From the IMG/VR virus record IMGVR_UViG_3300037510_000344, positions 1 to 41,448 of that record: DNA of 41,448 nucleotides; one strand, given 5' to 3'. Source of the DNA: a virus (taxonomy: Duplodnaviria > Caudoviricetes). A model generated the notes under the pieces. That model made no database searches. It saw only the letters and a program-made list of their open reading frames with translations, and was not told the origin of the DNA. Shown piece by piece: positions 17,610 to 25,216 of this stretch; the first letter of the stretch is position 1; the number at the start of each line of letters is the position of its first letter. The position numbers and the translations under genes are program-made.

Positions 17610-19238
17610 ATGGGCGCACCTCCACTCTCCTTCAAAGCAGGCATCAACACGAGCGACTACAAGGCGCAGCTCAAGGCGATGGAGACGGATGCGGCCTCTT
17701 CGGGCAAGAAGATCGCAACCAGCGTGTTTCGAGCAGGCCAGAGCGTTTCCCAGACCGGAGGCAACAGCTACGCCAACCAGATGCGATCCAGCTTTGCCGC
17801 GTTCGCGACCGAGCAAGAGAAGCAGGAGGACAAATCGGCTTCCAAGAAGAGGAAGAACATTTCCCAACTTGCTGCCGAGGAAGATGCGAAGGCACAGGAG
17901 TACTGGAAGAAAGAGGATGAACGAACCGAGCGCAATACCCAGAAGCGGGCGCAAGGATATCGACTGGCTTTCGGGATCGGCGTCGTCTTGGGTGAACGCC
18001 TCGTAAACCTCGCCACCGAATACAATCAGCGACTCGAATCGATCGACCGCGCGCAAGGCGGATTGAACGTCCAGAGCCAGCGCACGGTGCGTGATTGGCA
18101 GCAGCAGGCCGTAGCGGCTCGTACAGTTACCGACCAAGCACACCTTCAGCAAAAGGCTTTCGAGGACATTCAGGGCGTCCAGGAAGAGATGCGGACCACT
18201 CCCTTTCGTCAGCAGGGATTGCTTGGCATCTGGGATGATCTACTTGCCTCCACCGGCAACAAGACCAGCGGGGACCAGATTATCGAAGGTCTAGGAAACC
18301 GCATGAAGACGATGGAGAATTTAGCCGCATCCTCGGCCAAGGTGGCTAAACAGCGGCAAGAGTTCCTGACTGATGCTGGCTCGCAAGATGACCCGTTCCA
18401 GGTCGGCTTGATTCGGATGCGGATCAAAGAGCTACAGGAGGAAAACAAGACCCTCGACGTAAACAACGTGAAGCAGCGCAACCGGTATCTCCGCAATCAG
18501 GGAGAAATCGATTCGTTGCAACAGTCCGAGCAGTCCCCGTTTCAGCGTGTGCAACGCGAGCGTGAATATCAGGAGTCCGTGGTTCGTGGTCGCGACCGCA
18601 TCAAGATGCTGGAGGAAGACATTCTCAAGCTGGAGGAACGGCGCGAAGGGATGCAGTACGATCAGTCCGAAGAGGTGAAGAACCAGATTCAGGCGAAACG
18701 GTTGTTGATCGCGCAGGAGGAACGGCAGAACGAGATTCAGCGCACCGGGATCGAGTTCCAGCAAGCCACAGAGGCTCGTGGCGCCTTCTCCAACAGCATT
18801 GCTGGACGGATCAACCGCAGCGGGGCTCTGCGCCGTCTAGGAGGCGGCATTCAGTCCAGCATGGCCGACGTGATGAACACGGACCTACCGCTCGAGGAAC
18901 GGCTGTCCCGACTCAGTGCCTTGCGCGGCGAAGCGATGAGCATCGCGATGGAGCAACAGAGCCGGAACTTTGAGCTTGGCATGATGGGGCCGAACCAACG
19001 GCGAGAGCTGTTCCGTACTCAGTTCCACCAAGAGCGGGAATTCCGCCGGCAACAGCGCGTCAACGGCTACGTCGATGAGAATGGTGTATTTCACCCCCCG
19101 ACTCGTGCGGGTCAGGAAGCGCGCAGCTTTTCAACGCAGCTCGGTGCATCACGCGGCGACCTTGAGATTTCGGCAGGTTCGATTAATGCGTTGTCGCAAA
19201 GCATCTTAAATGGAATCAGCCAACTCGTCCTAAAATGA
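17610..19238 (+). CDS. Tape measure protein (putative)
   Basis: N-terminal FKAGINTSDYKAQLK, long Gln/Glu/Arg-rich coiled coil, position after the chaperone. Confidence 0.7.
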   Translation: MGAPPLSFKAGINTSDYKAQLKAMETDAASSGKKIATSVFRAGQSVSQTGGNSYANQMRSSFAAFATEQEKQEDKSASKKRKNISQLAAEEDAKAQEYWKKEDERTERNTQKRAQGYRLAFGIGVVLGERLVNLATEYNQRLESIDRAQGGLNVQSQRTVRDWQQQAVAARTVTDQAHLQQKAFEDIQGVQEEMRTTPFRQQGLLGIWDDLLASTGNKTSGDQIIEGLGNRMKTMENLAASSAKVAKQRQEFLTDAGSQDDPFQVGLIRMRIKELQEENKTLDVNNVKQRNRYLRNQGEIDSLQQSEQSPFQRVQREREYQESVVRGRDRIKMLEEDILKLEERREGMQYDQSEEVKNQIQAKRLLIAQEERQNEIQRTGIEFQQATEARGAFSNSIAGRINRSGALRRLGGGIQSSMADVMNTDLPLEERLSRLSALRGEAMSIAMEQQSRNFELGMMGPNQRRELFRTQFHQEREFRRQQRVNGYVDENGVFHPPTRAGQEARSFSTQLGASRGDLEISAGSINALSQSILNGISQLVLK

Positions 19239-20044
19239 GCATTGCTCTCGTAAACATCACGCAGTTCAACGAATCCCGGCAGCCGATGTTCGGAGGGGAT
19301 TCCTTCAACATGGCGACGATGACGCGTGAGTTCATTGGGCCAGTGGAACTGGAGCAGGCTTTTCTGCAACGCTGGAAGGTCACGACGCCTGACACCGAGT
19401 TTCCCAACTTCGCCTTGAGTGAACCGCCTTCGAGTACCGATTTTGGGGCCGGACTGAAGCAGGTCACGCTTACCTTTGTCGGGATGCCCGGCGCCGATCT
19501 TCCGCAACCGATCGTGCGCAAAGGCAGTTCTCTCGAAACTGCGCAGGTGGGCCTGATGCCGAACTTCGGGAGCTATCAATCTTTCGGCGCGATCTTCACT
19601 GGTATCGGGAATCAACCGCTCTACACTGGCGCCCAAATCCAAGGTTCGCAGGTCATCGCAAATACGCCGACCGGTCTACGTCCGATCCCGATGGCGGATC
19701 TGCTCATTACCAATGGCGCGCTCACCATCACGTACCGCAGCCCATGGACCGAGTTCCGCTACGTCTCCAAAAAGGAACCGGTCGAGCGCAAGTATAAGGA
19801 GAAGCTCATGTTCACGCAGGGTGATTTCGAAATCCTCGATCTTCGTCCCACCAACTTCATCGGGCGCCCCGTCATCAATTCCGTGGTTCGCGAGGTTGAT
19901 TTTCAGGCTGAACGCGCGGGCCGGCACTGGCACTGCATCGAGCGCAATCAAGGGATGCTGATGTCGCTTCCTGCCTCACTGAAGGGCATCTTGGCTCAAG
20001 TCCAGATCAGCGGTCAGAAACCGAAGGTCTACAACGTGACGTGA
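19235..20044 (+). CDS. Tail tip/hub protein (putative)
   Basis: Coupled to the tape measure gene; beta-rich. Confidence 0.5.
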   Translation: MSIALVNITQFNESRQPMFGGDSFNMATMTREFIGPVELEQAFLQRWKVTTPDTEFPNFALSEPPSSTDFGAGLKQVTLTFVGMPGADLPQPIVRKGSSLETAQVGLMPNFGSYQSFGAIFTGIGNQPLYTGAQIQGSQVIANTPTGLRPIPMADLLITNGALTITYRSPWTEFRYVSKKEPVERKYKEKLMFTQGDFEILDLRPTNFIGRPVINSVVREVDFQAERAGRHWHCIERNQGMLMSLPASLKGILAQVQISGQKPKVYNVT

Positions 20045-20045
20045 T

Positions 20046-20252
20046 ATGGAACTTCCTGCTTATTTCGTAGACGGAAACAAGTCGGCAAACGCCAAGCTGA
20101 ATCAGATGATCGACTTCATGAACAATCTGGAGGCGCGCATTAAGACCGTAGAGGCCGATCGATCCCCGCAAGAACTGATCGTCTGCAAGGATGGAAACAC
20201 CCAGGTCATCCAGATCAACGCCATCCCGTACCTGCCGCAAATCGCGCCGTGA
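20046..20252 (+). CDS. Small tail-associated protein
   Basis: ANAKLNQMIDFMNNL helix; tightly coupled to neighbours. Confidence 0.55.
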   Translation: MELPAYFVDGNKSANAKLNQMIDFMNNLEARIKTVEADRSPQELIVCKDGNTQVIQINAIPYLPQIAP

Positions 20253-21058
20253 GGATCGATGGACGTACGATTGGACTACCAGAAAGCCAGCCCTTCACCG
20301 CGCTAACGCCGGGCTGGGGAGATCAGCTTGCGGTTACCAGCGCGTATCCCTGCCTCCAGAAAGAAGATGACCAGTTTCTAGGTGGCTCCTATGCGACCAA
20401 TGCCATCGATGCGTGTCAACCCTATTGGCGCCCTGCGCGGCTCACCATTGAATCTTGGTCAATCGCGTACCGGGACACGTTCACCAACCTGTCTTACGTC
20501 GCAGGGTCGCTGTACCCCGCCCCCGTAATTGGTCCGGTTCGCCGCGTAGTCTCAACCGGGGAAGAAGCGATCTTCCAAAGAGACCTTGCTGTCTGCGGCG
20601 AGAAGATCGGTGGATACAATTGCCGCGTCGAGATTGAAGCCGGAGTCCAGCCGTCGTGGCTTATCCGGGTCAGTGCTCAAATCGCTCCATTCGTAATCAT
20701 CCCTCGGAGCCGCGCCGGCATCGACGTAAACAAGGACTACGGCTTGCCGATCTACCGGCCTCAACTCGGCGTGTCCCTCAACATCGATTCCGGCACCTTC
20801 AGCAACCGCGACCCTCAGGTGGGCGGCTCTCCAGGAACCGGGCCGGCGCCTACCTCCGATCAGACCTTTGTCCGCATCGGAGGCCGCGGCGTTATCGACC
20901 TTTCCGACCCAAACCGTGCGTGGGAAGGGGACAAGTTCCTCTACAACTTCCCAATGTTCGAGGCTCTCGACAACAGCACGAGCGATTACGCATTCAGGGT
21001 CACGAGTGCCTCAATCGTGGTCGGGTTTGTCAGCTACCCGATGCCGGGGATTCCGTAG
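20249..21058 (+). CDS. Putative tail protein
   Basis: GTGA-coupled last gene of this + strand block. Confidence 0.55.
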   Translation: MRIDGRTIGLPESQPFTALTPGWGDQLAVTSAYPCLQKEDDQFLGGSYATNAIDACQPYWRPARLTIESWSIAYRDTFTNLSYVAGSLYPAPVIGPVRRVVSTGEEAIFQRDLAVCGEKIGGYNCRVEIEAGVQPSWLIRVSAQIAPFVIIPRSRAGIDVNKDYGLPIYRPQLGVSLNIDSGTFSNRDPQVGGSPGTGPAPTSDQTFVRIGGRGVIDLSDPNRAWEGDKFLYNFPMFEALDNSTSDYAFRVTSASIVVGFVSYPMPGIP

Positions 21059-21893
21059 CGCGGTGCTTGGAAAGGACGGATTTTGCAAGGTTTGTAGCCG
21101 GACCGGCCGGTTCGTATTGGTCAAACTCGGAGATCTTCACCAGCGACCCGACCAGTTCAGAAATGATCTGCCTCGCCAACTGGATCGGCCCCACGGCGAA
21201 ATGATCCGGCATGATCTGGATGCAGTAGCGGATGAAGTCCTCGCGCTCGCCGTTGAGTCCGTTAAAAGCGGATTGAAGCTCCCCCACCTCGGCGCGCAAC
21301 CTTTCGTTATCTTCACGGATTCCTCGAATCTCCGAAACAGCAGTTTGCCACCGGAAGTTTTCGGCCTTTTCCATGTCCGCAACCTCGACACGCAGCCGGT
21401 CCCGCTCCTGCCGAATCGCCTCGGTCCGCAGAACCCAGCACCCGCCCTTGGGATGGTTCACGTCCGGGCCAAGGGCTTTTTCGTAGTCGTCGGCCAGTTC
21501 CTTGTAAAACGGGGCGTTCCGTTGCTCGATGTCGAGAAGGCTTTGTAGACGGGAGTTTTCGTCCTTCAGCGTAGCAATCTCGACGAGTACAGAATCCAAT
21601 GCTGCCTCAGTCACCTGAAACCGATTCTCGCCACCGTGGTTGGTGTCAAAGGCGTTGAGCTTAGACCGCAGTCGAAGATAGGCAGCAGATGTTTCTGCCT
21701 CAGCCTCTTTCCACTTGCCAATCTCTTCCGCCGGGTCCGGCTGGGCGAGGGCTTGGGTCGCCGCATCGTAAGCGTCTTGGAGGTTCTCGCGGTCGATGCA
21801 GGAACTGACCGGGGTTCCTGCGGTGACGACGCGACAAATTTCCAGAGCCTCCCGCAGCGTCGGCGGAGTAGTGGGTGTGGGATCGGGGGTCAT
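21030..21893 (-). CDS. Coiled-coil hypothetical protein
   Basis: Last gene of the leftward operon; heptad-rich. Confidence 0.65.
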   Translation of the reverse strand: MTPDPTPTTPPTLREALEICRVVTAGTPVSSCIDRENLQDAYDAATQALAQPDPAEEIGKWKEAEAETSAAYLRLRSKLNAFDTNHGGENRFQVTEAALDSVLVEIATLKDENSRLQSLLDIEQRNAPFYKELADDYEKALGPDVNHPKGGCWVLRTEAIRQERDRLRVEVADMEKAENFRWQTAVSEIRGIREDNERLRAEVGELQSAFNGLNGEREDFIRYCIQIMPDHFAVGPIQLARQIISELVGSLVKISEFDQYEPAGPATNLAKSVLSKHRATESPASGS

Positions 21894-22135
21894 GGCTTTT
21901 GGGCGTCGTAAAGGGCTTGGTAGACTTCAGCGATGGCGGCGGTTAATCCGGGCACTCTCGCGCTTGCTCCTCCAGAGGTGGAAATGCGCACACATGGGCC
22001 GATCCGGTGACCTTCGGGCAGGATCGAAATGTACCAGTCGCCGTTCCCACCTTGGAATATGGATAGCTCCAGGTCGGACTTGTCGCAGTCGTCCGTTTTG
22101 ACTCGAATGTCTGATCCCCAAGGCAATTTGCTCAT
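21890..22135 (-). CDS. Hypothetical protein, paralog of 2582-2911
   Basis: ATG 22135 (MSKLPWG); conserved DDCDKS/GGNGDWY/STSGGAS blocks. Confidence 0.75.
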   Translation of the reverse strand: MSKLPWGSDIRVKTDDCDKSDLELSIFQGGNGDWYISILPEGHRIGPCVRISTSGGASARVPGLTAAIAEVYQALYDAQKP

Positions 22136-22488
22136 GCCGTCACCCTCCCCTTCGCGAGAAGAAATGCGATTGCCTTTGTTCGGGGCTTTGCGCCAAGCAG
22201 GGTTTTGCAACGAAACATTCCTGGGCGGTATTTCGAGACAGACAGGATCGCCGACTCGTAGCAAAGCCAAGCATCTTGCGAATACTCGAACGTTTGCTCA
22301 AACTCCGCGCACGCATCCAGCGATTTGAGGTAGTCGGGAATCTGATGGGTCATGGCAAATCCTTTGCCTTTCAGATGCCATAATGCGTCGGTGTCGAACT
22401 TGACCGGATCGCAAAGCCTCCACCCGCACTCCTCAGCCACCATCACGCGGATCTGATCGTCGGACAGGTCGGATAGTTTCGGGGTCAT
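22132..22488 (-). CDS. Phage ABA-sandwich/NinX-like protein
   Basis: VAEECGW...IPDYLKSLDAC...AIAFL pattern. Confidence 0.5.
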   Translation of the reverse strand: MTPKLSDLSDDQIRVMVAEECGWRLCDPVKFDTDALWHLKGKGFAMTHQIPDYLKSLDACAEFEQTFEYSQDAWLCYESAILSVSKYRPGMFRCKTLLGAKPRTKAIAFLLAKGRVTA

Positions 22489-22916
22489 GGCTTAACCGTG
22501 ATTATCTTTTCCTCGCCGACCATGTTGACCAGTTCGTCCATCGGGTTGAGCGAAAGCCACCGGTCGATGTAGCTAGGAATCTCGTAGCTTTCGGAAAGGA
22601 TTTGCATGGAGGACTCGCGCAGCCAGCCCAGCCACATCTTGACGCCTTCCATCGGGCTTTCTCCACGCGCCTTGGCGTTATTCACAAGTTCAGATAGACG
22701 CTCCAGGTTCTTCGCCGATCCAGCCGCTTCAAGCTGCGGATAACGGGCTAAAAGCAGCGGCCCCGCCCAGCGCCCAGCACGAGGAAGCTGATGGGTAAAC
22801 AGGCTGTCTCCCGTCATGTGATTGAGGATTTTGTAAACGCCGTCCATGTCACAGCAGAGGCGCCCCGTGGTGATGCTCAGCACGTTGGCCAAGCTGAATG
22901 TTTTTGTAGTGCTCAT
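22485..22916 (-). CDS. Conserved hypothetical phage protein
   Basis: VLSITTGRL...ILNHMTGDSLFTHQLPR; coupled to the next gene. Confidence 0.65.
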   Translation of the reverse strand: MSTTKTFSLANVLSITTGRLCCDMDGVYKILNHMTGDSLFTHQLPRAGRWAGPLLLARYPQLEAAGSAKNLERLSELVNNAKARGESPMEGVKMWLGWLRESSMQILSESYEIPSYIDRWLSLNPMDELVNMVGEEKIITVKP

Positions 22917-23081
22917 AATTGTTCAGTTCCTGTCTGATCCTACCCAGCCCAGCCGCCACGCCAGCAGCCCAAGGCCCGGCTTTGTCCACCTTTACGATCG
23001 GCCCGTTGCCCGCAGGCTTGGCAGGTCGTGCGGACCTGTTGCGGCGGCGTGATTCTGCTTCGGTCATGGCTTGGGAGAGGG

Positions 23082-23306
23082 TCATTGCATTTTAAAAGTT
23101 GGGAAACTCCATCCACGCGAAGGGCTTTCATTCCAGCCAACTGCATATCCATTGGAAAGCTCCCACCAAGAAAGAACGTTCTTGTGCTTCCCGGGCCATG
23201 GGTTTTTACGCCCGTCGTTTTCTGATTTTACTGCTACAGGAAGATGCCTCTTCAAGATTTTTTCCTGAACAGCTTCCCGAGGAAGAACATCTTTTAAGGT
23301 TTTCAT
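23082..23306 (-). CDS. Hypothetical protein
   Basis: ATG 23306; Trp-rich AVGWNESPSRGWSFP. Confidence 0.55.
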   Translation of the reverse strand: MKTLKDVLPREAVQEKILKRHLPVAVKSENDGRKNPWPGKHKNVLSWWELSNGYAVGWNESPSRGWSFPTFKMQ

Positions 23307-23371
23307 AAAGTTTCGCTTTCTCTGTGCAGGGCCTAGACTGCGCCCCCGCAGGGACGCAGAAAGGCACGGCG

Positions 23372-23578
23372 TTAGACGTCCTCGCAAACTTCCATTGCCT
23401 TTGAGGCGTCCATGCGTTCCTGGTAGGACCATGTGCGCAGTCCACCTATGATGCGGTTGAGGCTGGCAGCTTCATTTCTCTTCACCCGATAATTGTAGTA
23501 AATCGGTTTCCCCCATTCCTTCGATTCGTCCAGATGGATGCGAAGAACGTAGACGGTTTTCTGTTTCGGTATTTTCAT
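23372..23578 (-). CDS. Hypothetical protein
   Basis: ATG 23578, 4 nt after the upstream stop. Confidence 0.5.
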   Translation of the reverse strand: MKIPKQKTVYVLRIHLDESKEWGKPIYYNYRVKRNEAASLNRIIGGLRTWSYQERMDASKAMEVCEDV

Positions 23579-23582
23579 GGCG

Positions 23583-23975
23583 CTAGGGCTGGGTTGCTTT
23601 GGCGATGGCTGCGCTGGCAAATTCCGCAAGCTCTTCATGGCTGACCTCAAAGAAACCGCTCGATTCCCAGCGTGCTACAAAGCGCTTGGCCACCTCAAGC
23701 AGTTCAGGTGCGGCGGCGATCAGGCGGGCGTTGGCTTCGTTGCAGTTCACGATACAAACCGGCCCGCTTTCCCCAAGCGGAGGGAGGATGTTGTATTCCC
23801 CACCGATAAAGTTCGGGCCATCGTTGCTTCCATTCTCCCGGTACAAAGAGCCAACCTCCCACGGCCCGGGCGTATGCCGCGCAGCCTCCGCGCTGGGCAC
23901 GCCCGGCATCGGCGGCTGATTGGTCTTGGCGGGCAGGAAAATTCGGGGCTTGGGTTCTTCGGTGTTCTCGTTCAT
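23583..23975 (-). CDS. Conserved phage hypothetical protein
   Basis: HTPGPW...ANARLIAAAPELLE motif; GGAG ribosome-binding site before the start. Confidence 0.75.
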   Translation of the reverse strand: MNENTEEPKPRIFLPAKTNQPPMPGVPSAEAARHTPGPWEVGSLYRENGSNDGPNFIGGEYNILPPLGESGPVCIVNCNEANARLIAAAPELLEVAKRFVARWESSGFFEVSHEELAEFASAAIAKATQP

Positions 23976-24035
23976 GTCTCCTAAATAGCTGATCCCGATT
24001 TCTTCGGCAATGAGTCAGATGTGTTACCCGTAAAC

Positions 24036-24455
24036 TCAGGCCTCTTTCGCCGCCGGCATCTCAAACGGAATGAAAACGTCCCCGTCACGAAGTGGCTGGA
24101 TGCTGAGCCACGAGTTTTGATTGAAGATCACCTTTTCCCAGCCGTTGCTCTCCATATTCCCCAGCAGAATGCGGTAGTGACTCTCTCCATTGGGCATCGC
24201 CTTGATCTGCTCCGCATCTCGGATCGCGCCGCCGAGGTGGTAGTATCCGCTGCGCTTGGTTTCCTTCGAATCGAGAGCATCATCGGCGCGCTCGCGGGTC
24301 GTGAAGAAAAACGCGTACGGTCTGACTCCGTGCCGTTCGATGATGGTCGATGCCATCGCGCAGGCCTGTTCAACCGACCATGAGTCGATGTCTTTTCGCG
24401 TTTCCTCCGCGCAGAATGTTCCGGGGCTGAGAAAGTGGACAAAGTGCTTTTGCAT
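24036..24455 (-). CDS. Hypothetical protein
   Basis: First clear gene of the leftward operon. Confidence 0.65.
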   Translation of the reverse strand: MQKHFVHFLSPGTFCAEETRKDIDSWSVEQACAMASTIIERHGVRPYAFFFTTRERADDALDSKETKRSGYYHLGGAIRDAEQIKAMPNGESHYRILLGNMESNGWEKVIFNQNSWLSIQPLRDGDVFIPFEMPAAKEA

Positions 24456-24559
24456 AGGCCATCACTTTCCCCGTCCGCATCTGCTTTCGCAATCGCGCCG
24501 TTGGTTCACCCGTAAAGCGAAGCGACAGCGAGCAGAGCGCATGCGCTTCGCGCGCGCTC

Positions 24560-25005
24560 ACACGGGGATATCACTCCGGTGGTGAAGCTGGAACGGTTTA
24601 ACGGCACGTGCCCTCCCGGCCTCCCGTGATCGAGAGACCAGAAGGACAGCACGTCAGGAGACAATCACCCCGTATGGAGCCAGCCGTATACAGCCTGAAC
24701 GTAGAGACTCGCGAGGCGTGGTCGCTATCTCACTTTGAGCAGTAAGACCACCGTCCGGTAGTCCGACCCCACCGCAACTCTCGGGGACATTTTGTAACGC
24801 GTCCCCTCCTAATCGGTATCGCTCCGTGCCAGCGCCGGCCACATTCGGTCGCTCGTTGTTAAGAGGTCTTGCAACAGGGTGCCGTTTGACGGGACACGCA
24901 TTTTATTGCCTTCCGAGACTCGTGCGGGCCTTTTGGGCTATTGCACACTCGGGTTGGCCCGTTTGGGGTCTGCTACGGGCATCCGCGCATTCGCGAGCGG
25001 CTCCC
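24560..25005 (-). ncRNA. Candidate large structured non-coding RNA or leader
   Basis: No credible ORF; chain of hairpins including a 17-bp stem at 24610-24647 with six G.U pairs that form only on the minus strand. Confidence 0.5.
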
Positions 25006-25008
25006 CTC

Positions 25009-25048
25009 AAAAGAGAAGAGCCGCCAAGTAGTAGTTGGCGGCTTCTTC
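25009..25048 (-). terminator. Terminator/attenuator hairpin with CTACTAC loop
   Basis: Minus strand AGCCGCCAA-CTACTAC-TTGGCGGCT followed by CTTCTCTTTT. Confidence 0.7.
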
Positions 25049-25103
25049 ACCCGGATACTCGTCCGGCAAGCATTCGACCCCGAGGGGCCAAAGTGAAATC
25101 TGT

Positions 25104-25161
25104 CGCTCGCACTACTACTGCGAACGTGGGGAATCAAGCACGGCGTAGGTTTACTCGTCAA
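25104..25161 (-). promoter_or_regulatory. Leftward promoter and 5' hairpin with GTAGTAG loop
   Basis: TTGACG at 25161-25156; hairpin CGTTCGC-AGTAGTAGT-GCGAGCG starts about 35 nt downstream. Confidence 0.55.
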
Positions 25162-25176
25162 ACCAAAACTGCGAGC

Positions 25177-25216
25177 TTGCCATTCTCATTTTTGGGAGAA
25201 AGATGCGCTCACTGAA
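25177..25216 (+). promoter_or_regulatory. Rightward promoter with box TCTCA-TTTT-TGGGA (25184-25197)
   Basis: TTGCCA followed by the same palindrome seen at other structural-gene promoters. Confidence 0.55.

Noticed and set aside
22849-23085. 78-aa minus-strand ORF
   Set aside because: Plausible coupling at its start but overlaps the next gene by 68 nt and has no motif; not confidently callable
24577-25051. tmRNA or RNase P RNA (CAGCTTCACCA 3' end; GGTGAAG/CTTCACC complementarity)
   Set aside because: No T arm before the ACCA, no matching GGGGCTG-type 5' end or tag frame, and no RNase P GAGGAAAGTCC core
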